64,000 nucleotides of DNA from an uncultured Poribacteria bacterium (GCA_951813565.1 OX638351.1:4032001-4096000), one strand, 5' to 3'; positions 1 to 10,564 are shown, numbered from the stretch's first letter. Numbers and translations: made by a program. The notes: generated by a model not told the origin, from the sequence alone.

Positions 1-443
1 TTGTTCTACCAACTGCACGGGCAGTGCGTGTCAAACAGACCCATACTTGAAAACAACACGCAATATGATTTCTTTGCGCACGCAACTTGCGACATTGACA
101 TTTACCAATACCAGTGGCTTGTTTGATCTCACGATGAAATTGCTCAATCTTCCAACGCACTTTACATTCTTGGATTGTGGCATCCGCATCATCATACTCA
201 ATGTCATCCTTTACGGATTGCCAGAGTTCGCTTGAAGAAATGTTTTCATTTCTCAAGAAACGATTGAGTTGATCGTGGCTCCATTTTTCTGTCCGAGCAG
301 CAAAGTAGGTTTGTGTCCAATTCGTGACACTTGCTATCAAAAACTGACAATAATCGGAAAATAGGTTTTCCTTCTTTTGAGAGTGGGTAAATGTAATCAT
401 AATAGAATAGTATACACCATTTTATAAAAATGCGTAAGTCCTG
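1..443 (-). mobile_element. IS701-family element with internally deleted transposase (runs off window start)
   Basis: Minus-strand frame from ATG at 400, not in the ORF track. N-terminal motifs DYCQFL..NWTQTYFA..SHDQLNRFL are joined in frame to C-terminal motifs RWKIEQFHREIKQ.TGIGKCQCRK..AQRNHIACC, and the central DDE region is missing. End motif TGCGTAAGTCCTG at 431-443. Confidence 0.75.
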
Positions 444-562
444 TTAAGAAAAGCGCGTTGTGTTTTCTGTTTAATCAGCAAACCTCGGTGGATACCAAAT
501 CAATATCTTATGATTCTGTTATTTTCTACCATGTAAACATACAGATGCAAATTTAACATAAT

Positions 563-2914
563 CTATCGTGTGCGGCTTTTTGTCCACTGACACCGTTGGA
601 CCCAATCTTGGGCAGAAAGTTTCATTCCCAAGGGTTGTGTTCGATCAGTCGCTATTGCTGAAAACATTTCTTCTGCGATTCTATAATCTTTCATGTAAAA
701 AGCGTTCATCCCCAATAACCAGCGTGATTTCAATGCAAATTGGGGCGGTATTGTTCGCATCTGTTCTTTTTGGCTCAAGTCAATGGCATGGTGAAGATAT
801 TGTGTGCTTAGTTCCCACGCTTTTTCTTTGTGAAGTAACTCACCTATTAAAAAATAGGCTAACCAATCGTCCGGTTCAGTTCCAATAACCCGCAATAAAA
901 GAGTCGTTTTCTTCCCATTTCCTGTACGACCTGAAGAACTTTTAGGAAGTATAACAGTACGTAGCCGTTTTCTTGATTGAGGTGTATATGTTCCCGAAAG
1001 CGCTGCAATACGTTTAAGAATGCTCTGTTCAATAGTTTCGTGGGTAGCCAACAAAACGGTTTCTTTGTATAGATTTAACGCTTTTTCTGCATCCCCTTGC
1101 AGCCAGTAGATATCTCCCAGTAATTGCGCTGCTTCGGTTCTGTATTGTGAATTTACATCTGCAATCATACGTTTTGCAAGTGAGGTAGTTAATTTATAAT
1201 CCCCAATTCTAAATGCGCTATACATCAATCCCAACAGTGTTCTTGGATTTTCTGGTTCATCTGACAGCATTTGATGAAAAGTGTCCATTGCAAACATAAA
1301 ATCATTGCGGTAATATGCTTGCCAGGCTTTATTCCGTAACGCTGCCATTTCGTGAGCACATACTTGTTCAAAGATTCCACCCCGTTTTAGGCGGCGTGCA
1401 GCATAGCCTATGTCAGTATCTTGCAATTGTACTTCGTTTGATAAGAATTTAACCCATTCTGCTTCCAAAACGCTGAAGTCTTTTGGATAACTCTTGGATA
1501 AATTCCCGAATGGAAAAGCCTGTTTTAACTTATCTAATCCGTATGTATCAACAAGGAAACGGATAAAAGAACCCGCAAGTAGATAACTTCGTGAACCTGC
1601 ATGTCTCCAAAATCCGATGCCCATGACGCTGGAGAGAGGGGGTGCAACCTTTAATTGGCGCATCGCTTTCGCCCATTGATGGACTGTAAGCTGTCCTTCA
1701 TCCCAGTCTGCTGCGACAGCAATACCTTCATGCACTCCTACGTTCAAGCTAACCTTCCATGAAGACCAGTCGGCAGTCAATACGTGTGCCAACTCATGTT
1801 TTAGCACAGGATGCGGAAAACCTGTCGAATGAAGATGAAAACCGTAACCAAACGGGTCTTCAACAAACGTATTACCAGCCCCGATCAACCTCTTTTTCTG
1901 TTCAGGGGAAGCGTATAGATAAGCACGAACTTTCCTTGAACTTGTTGTCTGTAAGTAGTCAGATAGCTGAACATAACGAAACTCGCAATCGTCAGCGAAT
2001 AAATCTATTTCATTTTCAAGTTCCCGCGCATAGAAGATTTCAAAATGCTCCGTTTCTCTATAACCACCTAACGCTTGCGCGATGTCAGCACGCGTTGGAC
2101 GAATCATTAATTTTCCGGAAAAGAATTCTAAACTGACTAATGCTACAATCAGTATGCATACTGTTGTAACCCGCCAAAGCGACTTCGTAGTAGTAAATTT
2201 AATAAGATTACGCCATTGAAGTTTGGGGACAAAACCGGTCTCCCTACTAATTTCACACGTATAGATTGAAATCGTTAAGAATAACAGTGCCCATAGCAAC
2301 GTTTCTCCTCGTGCTATCAGTAGGGTGCTTGTTATTGAAATAACGAAATCATAAATGGGTCCGGGGAAATATCCTAAAATAGGATGAAAAGCAAATACTG
2401 GTGGATGGAATATCAGATTTATACCTACTGGGATGCATGAAAGAAGGAGAAATCCCAGGTATGTAAGATATGCTAACCATCTCTTTTGTATCCACACATT
2501 GAAGAATAAACCTGCTGCTGTTGCTGTGGCGCAGCTGAGTGTAGGCAAGATAAGAAAAAAGAGGAATCCTTCACCGAAATTGCAGTTTTTTATGCGGAAT
2601 GCGTTTAGCAAAATTATGGTGAGTGCTGCTATCAGTAATATAACATTCGATAAAAATGCGCGCCAGAAACATCCTAAAATAACCTGACTGGGCGTGCCAG
2701 TTAAGTTATCAGGGTCACGTTTCATTGTTTGGAATTCGGTCATGGCAACGTGGGAACAGGCAAAAGCAACGCAGAGGGTAATAATCGCGCAAAACTCAAA
2801 AGCAAGTATATTGAATAGAGGTTTGGCGGCAAGCACTAATGCTAAAACACAAAAAATAGAGAACCACAGCCAATATGAAACGGTTTTATAGATCATAAGA
2901 TTTGAACTTGTCAC
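563..2914 (-). CDS. Multi-pass membrane protein with gluzincin (peptidase MA-like) domain and C-terminal TPRs
   Basis: About 7 hydrophobic N-terminal segments; HELAH followed by a downstream HEGIA motif; helical TPR-like repeats at the C-terminus. Confidence 0.7.
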   Translation of the reverse strand: MTSSNLMIYKTVSYWLWFSIFCVLALVLAAKPLFNILAFEFCAIITLCVAFACSHVAMTEFQTMKRDPDNLTGTPSQVILGCFWRAFLSNVILLIAALTIILLNAFRIKNCNFGEGFLFFLILPTLSCATATAAGLFFNVWIQKRWLAYLTYLGFLLLSCIPVGINLIFHPPVFAFHPILGYFPGPIYDFVISITSTLLIARGETLLWALLFLTISIYTCEISRETGFVPKLQWRNLIKFTTTKSLWRVTTVCILIVALVSLEFFSGKLMIRPTRADIAQALGGYRETEHFEIFYARELENEIDLFADDCEFRYVQLSDYLQTTSSRKVRAYLYASPEQKKRLIGAGNTFVEDPFGYGFHLHSTGFPHPVLKHELAHVLTADWSSWKVSLNVGVHEGIAVAADWDEGQLTVHQWAKAMRQLKVAPPLSSVMGIGFWRHAGSRSYLLAGSFIRFLVDTYGLDKLKQAFPFGNLSKSYPKDFSVLEAEWVKFLSNEVQLQDTDIGYAARRLKRGGIFEQVCAHEMAALRNKAWQAYYRNDFMFAMDTFHQMLSDEPENPRTLLGLMYSAFRIGDYKLTTSLAKRMIADVNSQYRTEAAQLLGDIYWLQGDAEKALNLYKETVLLATHETIEQSILKRIAALSGTYTPQSRKRLRTVILPKSSSGRTGNGKKTTLLLRVIGTEPDDWLAYFLIGELLHKEKAWELSTQYLHHAIDLSQKEQMRTIPPQFALKSRWLLGMNAFYMKDYRIAEEMFSAIATDRTQPLGMKLSAQDWVQRCQWTKSRTR

Positions 2915-3061
2915 GGTTACCTCGGCTATGAACAGTATGAGGTCCCTGTGTCAAGGTTATGTATTGTGTTTGTGTCATATATCAGTGTTATAGGGTTCTT
3001 CATCCGTATTATTTTAACCAACCTTTGTTCGCTTGTCAAAAGAAATTTGCCATTAAGCTGC

Positions 3062-3090
3062 TTGACATAGCCCCATAATTTTGTTAAAAT
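3062..3090 (+). promoter_or_regulatory. Sigma70-type promoter of the sod operon
   Basis: TTGACA-17 bp-TAAAAT; GAGGAG RBS before ATG 3121. Confidence 0.7.
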
Positions 3091-3120
3091 TCTATTCAAA
3101 CTACACGATGAGGAGAACTC

Positions 3121-3846
3121 ATGAACCGTAGAAACTTTTTAATTACTGGAAGTGCCGCATTAGCAGGAATGTTTATGGTTAAGAGTCCACAGCGTCTTTA
3201 CGCAGATCACCATTTACATGGTGACCATACCCATGGTTATGAACTTCCAAAGTTACATTATGCCTATGATGCACTTGAACCGCATATTGACAAACGCACG
3301 ATGGAAATTCATCATGGTAAACACCACCAAGGTTATGTGAATAAACTTAACGCAGCAGTCGGAGACGATCATGCCTTAGTTGACCAGTCAATCGAGAATT
3401 TGCTTCAAAATATCGAAAAAGTGCCTATGAAAATTCGCCAAGCGGTTATTAACAGCGGCGGTGGACACGCCAATCATACGCTTTTCTGGAGCACGATGAT
3501 TCCCGATGGTAGAGGACTGACGGGCAAAGTTGCCGAAGCAATGCAGTCCACTTTTGGTTCCCTTGATGCTGCAAAAGAGAAATTAGCCAATACCGCAAAA
3601 ACACATTTCGGATCAGGATGGGCCTGGCTTGTTGTTGATGATAAGAAGAAATTGCAGATTTACGCCACGAAAAATCAGGATAGTCCGTTGATGAAGGGAC
3701 ATACACCTATTCTTGGAATTGATGTTTGGGAACACGCCTACTACCTGAAATACCAAAACAGACGCGCCGATTATATTGATGCGTGGAGCAAAGTTGTCAA
3801 TTGGAAACAGGTTAACGTTAACTACCTTGCAGCAATGAAAGCGTAG
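3121..3846 (+). CDS. sodA: Mn/Fe superoxide dismutase with Tat signal (Mn-type signature)
   Basis: [35 protein letters not shown] and DVWEHAYY motifs; N-terminal RRNFL. Confidence 0.9.
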   Translation: MNRRNFLITGSAALAGMFMVKSPQRLYADHHLHGDHTHGYELPKLHYAYDALEPHIDKRTMEIHHGKHHQGYVNKLNAAVGDDHALVDQSIENLLQNIEKVPMKIRQAVINSGGGHANHTLFWSTMIPDGRGLTGKVAEAMQSTFGSLDAAKEKLANTAKTHFGSGWAWLVVDDKKKLQIYATKNQDSPLMKGHTPILGIDVWEHAYYLKYQNRRADYIDAWSKVVNWKQVNVNYLAAMKA

Positions 3847-3856
3847 AGGAATTCTT

Positions 3857-4993
3857 ATGGATCGCAGAGATTTTTTACGGCGCAGCGGCTTAACGCTTAC
3901 AGGATTACTGCTTAGTCCTTGGGCAGTTTATGCCTTCCCCAGTCGAGAAGGTGAAGAATTGATCCCATTTTCAGATCAACCCCCCGAACCGCCTTCAAAG
4001 CGAGGTTTGTTGGATTGGAATGAATTGGATTCGTTCATTACACCGAACGATAAATTCTTCAATGTTTCACATTATGGCAAGCCTAAAGTTGATCTTGAAA
4101 CGTGGAAATTAGAGATCAGTGGGTTGGTTGAAAATCCGTTGATGCTTACTATTGAAAATATTAAAGCTCGGTCTAAGCAGGATGTAACCTTTACATTAGA
4201 ATGCTCTGGCAACCATGGTTTTCCTACGTTTACCGGAGCAATTGGCAACGCAAAATGGGGAGGCACGCCTCTCGCTCCGATTCTCAAAGAGGCTGGCATT
4301 CAAGAGAACGGCATTGAAGTAATTTTCTTCGGACATGATACTGGTGAAGAGAAACGGCGGGGTGTTACCATGCGTCAGAACTTTGCACGGAGTATGTCTG
4401 TTGAGGACGCGCTGCAAGAGACTAACCTACTCTGTTATGAGATGAACGGTGAACCCTTACCACACCCAAACGGTGCCCCACTTCGCTTGATCGCCCCTGG
4501 TTGGTACGGCATCGCATGCGTCAAATGGCTTAAACGCATTGAAGTTCGTGATACCCGCTTTATGGGAAAATTCATGGCGCGCGATTATGTTACCATGCGA
4601 AAAGAAACACGTCCTGATGATGAAGTTGTGTGGATGGAGACATCAGTTGGCAAAACGCAGTTAAAGTCATTGGCAGCGAAGGTCACGCGCATTGGAAATG
4701 AATACCGAATCTATGGTGCTGCCTGGGGTGCACCTATCCAAAAAGTTGAAGTAAGCATTGATGGTGGACAGTGGCAAAAGGCTACAATAGACCCTGAAGA
4801 AGATGCTGAATTTGCATGGAAAATCTGGCATCTCAACTGGGACAACCCACCCAAAGGTGAACATACTGTCGTTTCCAGAGCTATTGATATAAAAGGCAAC
4901 ATTCAACCTGCAGGTGATTCTGATTATATAAAAGGGAAACACACCTATTGGGAGAGTAATGGTCAGGTTGTTCGCAAGATTAACATTAAATAG
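3857..4993 (+). CDS. Sulfite-oxidase-family molybdoenzyme (SorA/SoxC-like), Tat-exported
   Basis: RRDFL signal; TLECSGN, GNAKWGG, MNGEPLP..NGAPLRL..PGWYG, KWL motifs; C-terminal dimerisation domain VEVS.DGG..W. Confidence 0.85.
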   Translation: MDRRDFLRRSGLTLTGLLLSPWAVYAFPSREGEELIPFSDQPPEPPSKRGLLDWNELDSFITPNDKFFNVSHYGKPKVDLETWKLEISGLVENPLMLTIENIKARSKQDVTFTLECSGNHGFPTFTGAIGNAKWGGTPLAPILKEAGIQENGIEVIFFGHDTGEEKRRGVTMRQNFARSMSVEDALQETNLLCYEMNGEPLPHPNGAPLRLIAPGWYGIACVKWLKRIEVRDTRFMGKFMARDYVTMRKETRPDDEVVWMETSVGKTQLKSLAAKVTRIGNEYRIYGAAWGAPIQKVEVSIDGGQWQKATIDPEEDAEFAWKIWHLNWDNPPKGEHTVVSRAIDIKGNIQPAGDSDYIKGKHTYWESNGQVVRKINIK

Positions 4994-5002
4994 GAGACTC
5001 AA

Positions 5003-5773
5003 TTGATCAACATAACCGATGAACAGAAGCAGCAGTATCAAGAGGAAGGCTATTTCATCTTGGAGCGTGTTATTCCAGAACCACTTTTGGAACTGCTTCG
5101 CGGCGAATGCGGAACATTTATTACCCAAATGGATGAGCGAATGGAGCAAGAGAACACAGATGTGCTCGGTCTTAATCATCGCAACAAACGCTACTTTGTT
5201 TCTAACTGCTTCAGGAAACAGCCGAAACTCCGTGAATTTCTGTTCAGCGATCTAATGGCGGAAGTCTGTCGTGCGGCATTGGGCGATACTGCTTATCTGT
5301 TTTGGGAACAGTATGTCGTCAAAGGCGCAGAGGCAGGCATGAAGTTCAGTTGGCATCAAGATTCAGGTTATGTCGGTTACCCTGATCACAAACCATACCT
5401 AACTTGTTGGTGTGCACTTGATGATATGTCCGAGGAAAATGGCACTGTCTATGTGATGCCGTATTCACATATCGGTATCCGTTCATGGGTAAAGCATATC
5501 CGAGAAGAAGGAAGCAACGATTTGGTCGGATATTTTGGGTCCGAAAAAGGTGTGCCTGCGATTGTGCCTGCGGGTAGCATTGTGGCGTTCACGAGTATTA
5601 ATTTCCATAGTAGTGGAACAAATACTACCGATTCAATGCGGCGAGCGTACCTTGCGCAGTATTCTGCGGAGCCGCTTCTTTCACATGACGGCAGCCGTCT
5701 ATGGGGCAATGCTGAACCGATATTGAAAGATGGAAAGTCTGCTGTGGGTGAACCGCCACCGGAGATTTCATAG
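5003..5773 (+). CDS. Phytanoyl-CoA dioxygenase (PhyH) family protein
   Basis: WHQD, W.ALDD...ENG and H.S..N...R motifs. Confidence 0.85.
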   Translation: MINITDEQKQQYQEEGYFILERVIPEPLLELLRGECGTFITQMDERMEQENTDVLGLNHRNKRYFVSNCFRKQPKLREFLFSDLMAEVCRAALGDTAYLFWEQYVVKGAEAGMKFSWHQDSGYVGYPDHKPYLTCWCALDDMSEENGTVYVMPYSHIGIRSWVKHIREEGSNDLVGYFGSEKGVPAIVPAGSIVAFTSINFHSSGTNTTDSMRRAYLAQYSAEPLLSHDGSRLWGNAEPILKDGKSAVGEPPPEIS

Positions 5774-5795
5774 CGTTTTGGCTTAAGGTAGTGCG

Positions 5796-7064
5796 TTAGT
5801 TTCCGTTTGCAGGGTGCCGACTAAACTGAGTCAGATAATTCCCAATTTTATCCTGAATCCCCCGCGCTGATGCTGCCGACCCAACGTAATGGCTAATCAA
5901 AATACCGAATGCTAATACCTCACCGTCTGCCGTTTTGGTATAGCCAGCAAGCGCGGAAACACCACTTAACGTCCCTGTTTTAGCACGCAGTGTCTTTTCT
6001 GCATACATCCCTTGCATCCGATTTCTTAAGGTGCCGTCAACACCTGCGATCGGGAGTGAAGCCATAAATTCCGGCATCAACTCAAAATTGTGGGACATAT
6101 AGACAAGAAGCTTAGCCAGCAATTCAGTGTTGAGGAGATTGTAGCGAGAAAGACCTGAACCGTCTACAAACCGATGTGCTGGCGGTTCACCCATAATCTC
6201 ACCTAAGAATTCTGTAACAGCCTCACTTCCTTTTTTCCACGTTCCCGGTTCACCTTTCACTTCAGCACCAATTGTTTTGAAAAGGAACTCAGCAATCCAA
6301 TTGTCACTCGGTTTGTTCATCAATTTAATGATGTCAGCAAGGGGCAGTGATAAATGTGTAGCAACACTGCGGGCATTTGATGGAACCGTTCCTGAGACAA
6401 CCTCACCCATTACGTCAATACCTTTTTGCATCAATGTGGATTTCAAAATGTGTCCACATGCGATAGCTCTGCTGCCGGTTTTTGCATCAGGTTCAACGCC
6501 TCGGATACTTAATGCACTAATCCGAAGTGGTTTATCATCCCACATCCAGCCCGGCCCTTCCCTAACAGTGTCAAGGTAAGTTTCGTCAACAACAATGTCT
6601 CCTTGTATTGTTTTAACATCGGTTTGTGCTAAAGCATCGCACAATTCTACTATATCGTCTGATTGAAGCACTGGGTCAGCTCTACCTTTGAGATAGACGT
6701 TTCTTGCACCTTGTGCCTCCGAAGCATTATCAATATAAAGCGTTGTTGCGAACTGATAATCTGATCCAAATTTAGCCAAGGCGGTTGCTGCTGTGAAGAG
6801 TTTCGTTGTAGAAGCAGGGTGGTGCAATTTGTTAGCGTTTTTGGCGTAAATCACCTCACCTGTTTCAACTGCAACGACCTTTATGCCGATGCTTGCAGTT
6901 ATAAACAGCGCATCTTGCAATACGGCATCAATATTGGCTTGCAGTTTTTCGTGCGGATTGATAGAGGTTGTTGACGGTTGCGTTTCGACAGGTTTTGTTC
7001 CCAGTATTCCACAACTTGACAGCAACAACACATAGCAGATTAGAAAGATACTATAGGTTCTCAT
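5796..7064 (-). CDS. dacB: D-Ala-D-Ala carboxypeptidase/endopeptidase (PBP4, S13), lipoprotein
   Basis: PASTTK (SxxK), SDN, DGSGLSR and KTG motifs; lipobox LSSC. Confidence 0.9.
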   Translation of the reverse strand: MRTYSIFLICYVLLLSSCGILGTKPVETQPSTTSINPHEKLQANIDAVLQDALFITASIGIKVVAVETGEVIYAKNANKLHHPASTTKLFTAATALAKFGSDYQFATTLYIDNASEAQGARNVYLKGRADPVLQSDDIVELCDALAQTDVKTIQGDIVVDETYLDTVREGPGWMWDDKPLRISALSIRGVEPDAKTGSRAIACGHILKSTLMQKGIDVMGEVVSGTVPSNARSVATHLSLPLADIIKLMNKPSDNWIAEFLFKTIGAEVKGEPGTWKKGSEAVTEFLGEIMGEPPAHRFVDGSGLSRYNLLNTELLAKLLVYMSHNFELMPEFMASLPIAGVDGTLRNRMQGMYAEKTLRAKTGTLSGVSALAGYTKTADGEVLAFGILISHYVGSAASARGIQDKIGNYLTQFSRHPANGN

Positions 7065-7158
7065 GATGTATTAATAGTAGCATAAATTTTTAGATTTTGA
7101 AAGCAAAACATGCTGTGAATTTACAAGATTCACCAACAGAGATACGATTGCAATAATC

Positions 7159-7187
7159 TTGACTTTTACTCCAAAATGTGATAGAAT
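7159..7187 (+). promoter_or_regulatory. Sigma70-type promoter upstream of cimA
   Basis: TTGACT-17 bp-TAGAAT with TGn extension. Confidence 0.5.
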
Positions 7188-7302
7188 TCCAAGAAGAAAA
7201 TAAACGGATATTGCCATTAAAGGAGACATCGGATTTTGGCGTTGTAGGGTGAAGTTTGCATGCCCATATTCAAAGCACAAGTCAAAACTAATGTAAAAAC
7301 AC

Positions 7303-8874
7303 ATGGTTGAATTTTACGATACAACACTCAGGGATGGTAGCCAAGCTGAGGGCGTAACATTTTCGGTTGAAGACAAACTTATCATCATAGAGGCATTAGA
7401 TGAATTAGGTATCCGCTACATTGAGGGTGGCTATCCCGGTTCTAATCCGAAAGATATAGAGTTCTTCAAACGGGCAAAAGATATGTCGTTGGAAACAGCA
7501 ACGATTGTGCCGTTCGGCAGTACCCGCTATCCCACCTATGCCCCCGATGATGACCCGAATCTCGCTGCTTTGCTTGATACAGGCGCAAGAACTGTTACAA
7601 TTTTTGGAAAAAGTTGGCGGCTCCATGCAACAGATGTACTGCGGGTTACAGCAGAAGAGAACTTAGAATTAATTGAGAGCTCTGTTAAATATCTTGTAGA
7701 AAATGGGCGTGAAGTAATTTACGATGCAGAACACTTTTTTGATGGTTATGCTGACGATTCGGAGTATGCAATTGAAACGCTCCGGGCAGCTGCAGCAGGT
7801 GGTGCAAAATGTATCGTCCTCTGTGATACCAATGGAGGTAGATTGCCCTTAGAAATACAGGAGGGTGTGAAAGCAGCGATGTCGGCACTGCCTTTGCCTA
7901 TCGGTATCCATGCACACAACGATGCGGGTATGGGAGCGGCAAACTCTGTGTTAGCCGTTGAAGCTGGAGCGAACCATGTTCAGGGGACATTCAATGGCTA
8001 TGGTGAGCGGTGTGGAAATGCCAATCTTGCCTCTATTATTCCCACAATTCAACTTAAGTTAGGTATTAAATGTATCAGCAATACCCAACTGCAAGCAATT
8101 ACCAGCGTATCTCGGTTAATTAGTGAGTTGGCAAACCTGCCGCATGATGAACGTCAACCTTATGTTGGGCGTTCCGCTTTCGCGCACAAAGGCGGATTAC
8201 ACACAGATGCAATCCGTAAAAACCGCCTCACGTATGAACATATCGTCCCTGAAAAAGTCGGCAATACACAACGCATCCTTGTCTCCGACCAAGCGGGCCG
8301 GGGCACCATCATGAAAAAGATTGAGAAGGAATATCCCAATTACGACAAAAACTCACCACAGGTACTTGAACTCTTCAATCGTCTCAAAGAAGCTGAGAAT
8401 GAAGGGTATCAGTATGAAGCCGCTGAGGCATCTTTTGAACTTTTGACACGCAAAGTCTTTAATGGGTATGAATCCTTTTTTGAACGTCTCGGTTTTCGCG
8501 TCATTATTGAGAAGTTCACTGACCACACCATGCGTTCAGAGGCAACAGTAAAGGTTACCACACCAGATGGTGCTATGACCCACACAGCGGCGGATGGAGA
8601 TGGTCCCGTCAATGCATTGGATACCGCACTTCGAAAGGCACTTGAACAGTTCTATCCTGCCTTACAGACAGTCAGATTGATAGATTACAAAGTTCGGGTA
8701 TTGGATACGAAAGCAGGAACTGGTTCAAAGGTGCGTGTCCTTATTGAAGCAAGTGATGGCGAAATGAGTTGGAGAACCGTCGGTGTTTCTGAGAACATCA
8801 TATCGGCAAGTTACGAAGCGCTCATTGATAGTTTTGAATATAAATTGCATAAAGATGAAGGTTCAGTCAAATAA
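7303..8874 (+). CDS. cimA: Citramalate synthase (LeuA/CimA family)
   Basis: YDTTLRDG, IEGGYPGSNPKD, DAEHFFDG, HAHND, GYGERCGN, AFAHKGG motifs; LeuA-type regulatory domain. Confidence 0.85.
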   Translation: MVEFYDTTLRDGSQAEGVTFSVEDKLIIIEALDELGIRYIEGGYPGSNPKDIEFFKRAKDMSLETATIVPFGSTRYPTYAPDDDPNLAALLDTGARTVTIFGKSWRLHATDVLRVTAEENLELIESSVKYLVENGREVIYDAEHFFDGYADDSEYAIETLRAAAAGGAKCIVLCDTNGGRLPLEIQEGVKAAMSALPLPIGIHAHNDAGMGAANSVLAVEAGANHVQGTFNGYGERCGNANLASIIPTIQLKLGIKCISNTQLQAITSVSRLISELANLPHDERQPYVGRSAFAHKGGLHTDAIRKNRLTYEHIVPEKVGNTQRILVSDQAGRGTIMKKIEKEYPNYDKNSPQVLELFNRLKEAENEGYQYEAAEASFELLTRKVFNGYESFFERLGFRVIIEKFTDHTMRSEATVKVTTPDGAMTHTAADGDGPVNALDTALRKALEQFYPALQTVRLIDYKVRVLDTKAGTGSKVRVLIEASDGEMSWRTVGVSENIISASYEALIDSFEYKLHKDEGSVK

Positions 8875-8908
8875 ATCCTACCGACTATTTTGTAACGCTA
8901 AACTTTCC

Positions 8909-8937
8909 TTGACACTATTTTACATAAGTGTTATAAT
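8909..8937 (+). promoter_or_regulatory. Perfect-consensus sigma70 promoter
   Basis: TTGACA-17 bp-TATAAT plus TGn; GGAGGTG RBS before ATG 8965. Confidence 0.8.
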
Positions 8938-8964
8938 TATCATAACACTTATTGGAGGTGTGAC

Positions 8965-9528
8965 ATGGGAAATTTAGATCAAATTGGGAAAGCGGCGCAA
9001 AAACTCATCGCGTTATGTGAGAAAGAAAAGCCGACAAAGACCGATAAGCAAAAGATGTTGGCACTACATACCGACATCCTTTCTGGTATTGAAAACCTTA
9101 CGGAATGTGAACTTTGTGGTGCCATCAGTGAAGTGATTGTAACAATGACATTGGCTGAAGTTACAGCGAAATTGTGTAAGGAATGTGGTCTTAAAGCGTT
9201 GGACGCTGGAAAAATTCAGAAGCCTACGTCACGAAAACGCACTCGCACTGTGAAAACGCGCAATACAGGTTCAAAGCAGGCAACCCCAAAACCTAATGAA
9301 GAAGTAGAGGAACCAGAATCCCCTGCGGCATTATATACTCGCGTGGAAGAACAGACCGGAATTAAGAAAACAGATGTCAAACGTCTACACAAAATTGTAC
9401 AGGAAATTGCCACACCGATGAACTTGGCAAATACCTTGACCTATGTGAAACGCGAGGTAGAAAATGCTAAACTGAAAGTGGATCAAGAAGCATTGGAGAA
9501 GGCAGTAGAAATCTTGACTGCTGCTTAA
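8965..9528 (+). CDS. Hypothetical protein with CxxC..CxxC zinc-binding motif and basic linker
   Basis: CELC...CKEC; SRKRTRTVKTR; strong promoter and RBS. Confidence 0.75.
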   Translation: MGNLDQIGKAAQKLIALCEKEKPTKTDKQKMLALHTDILSGIENLTECELCGAISEVIVTMTLAEVTAKLCKECGLKALDAGKIQKPTSRKRTRTVKTRNTGSKQATPKPNEEVEEPESPAALYTRVEEQTGIKKTDVKRLHKIVQEIATPMNLANTLTYVKREVENAKLKVDQEALEKAVEILTAA

Positions 9529-9557
9529 AGAAGTATTAGACATACTCCGTTGTGTTG

Positions 9558-10529
9558 TTACCCGGTTGGAATATCCTTTACCCAAGCGCGATGCTCTTGA
9601 TACCATTCAACGAGTGCTGTGATCCCTTCACGAAAAGTCACCTGTGGTTGCCATCCTAAAAGTTGTTCTGCTTTTTGAATATTTGCCCACGTAGCGCGTA
9701 CGTCGGCAGGATGGAACGGTTGATGTGATAGTTCTGCCTTCTTACCGACGAGTTCCTCTATTAACCTAATGGTGTCAATTAACACAATTGGACTATCTGA
9801 ACCAAGGTTTATAACCGAATATCCCAGCGGTTTCAATCCTGCGATCACGCCACGTGCAATATCTTCAACATAGGTATAATCGCGTGAGGATTGTTTGCCA
9901 TCACCATAGACGATAACCGGTTTTCCCTCACTAATCCATTGGACAAAACGGAATGCGCTCATATCCGGGCGACCTGCGGGACCGTAAACGGTAAAAAAAC
10001 GAAATATCGTTACGTCAATGTCATAGAGATGGTGGTAACTATGGCAGAGCGCTTCTGCGCCTTTTTTTGAGGCAGCATAAGGGGAAAGTGGTCCGTCTGT
10101 GTTTGCCTCTTCACTGAATGGAAGCGGATTATTGGCACCGTATAAGCTTGAGGTAGAGGCTAACACAAATTTCTTTATATCAGATGTACGACAGAGTTCC
10201 AGTAGGTTTAGTGTACCTGTGACGTTTGTATCAATGTAGGCCCAAGGGTTTTCTACGGACTGTCGAACACCTGCACGTGCTGCAAGGTTAATCACAGCAT
10301 CATAAGAAAAGTTAAATATCGTATCTAACGAAGCATAATCGCAAATATCTACAGATTGAAAATGAAAATCAGAGAACTCTTGAAGTTGTGCAAGTCTCCA
10401 TTTTTTTATTTTCACATCATAAGCATCGTTTAAGTTATCAATTCCCACCACGGTATGTCCGTCTGCTATCAGGAATTCTGTAACTTTCCACCCTATGAAT
10501 CCTGCACATCCTGTGACAAGATATTTCAT
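9558..10529 (-). CDS. NAD-dependent epimerase/dehydratase (UDP-glucuronate 4-epimerase-like)
   Basis: Start re-called at MKYLVTGCAGFIG (10529) because the upstream ORF extension lies in a MITE; LAARAGVR, YAASK and GRPDM motifs. Confidence 0.9.
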   Translation of the reverse strand: MKYLVTGCAGFIGWKVTEFLIADGHTVVGIDNLNDAYDVKIKKWRLAQLQEFSDFHFQSVDICDYASLDTIFNFSYDAVINLAARAGVRQSVENPWAYIDTNVTGTLNLLELCRTSDIKKFVLASTSSLYGANNPLPFSEEANTDGPLSPYAASKKGAEALCHSYHHLYDIDVTIFRFFTVYGPAGRPDMSAFRFVQWISEGKPVIVYGDGKQSSRDYTYVEDIARGVIAGLKPLGYSVINLGSDSPIVLIDTIRLIEELVGKKAELSHQPFHPADVRATWANIQKAEQLLGWQPQVTFREGITALVEWYQEHRAWVKDIPTG

Positions 10530-10564
10530 ACTAATCCTACTATTCTTTCTGTCTAACCCAATTA

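Noticed and set aside
47..235. 62-aa plus-strand ORF
   Set aside because: Antisense shadow of the IS701 transposase remnant.
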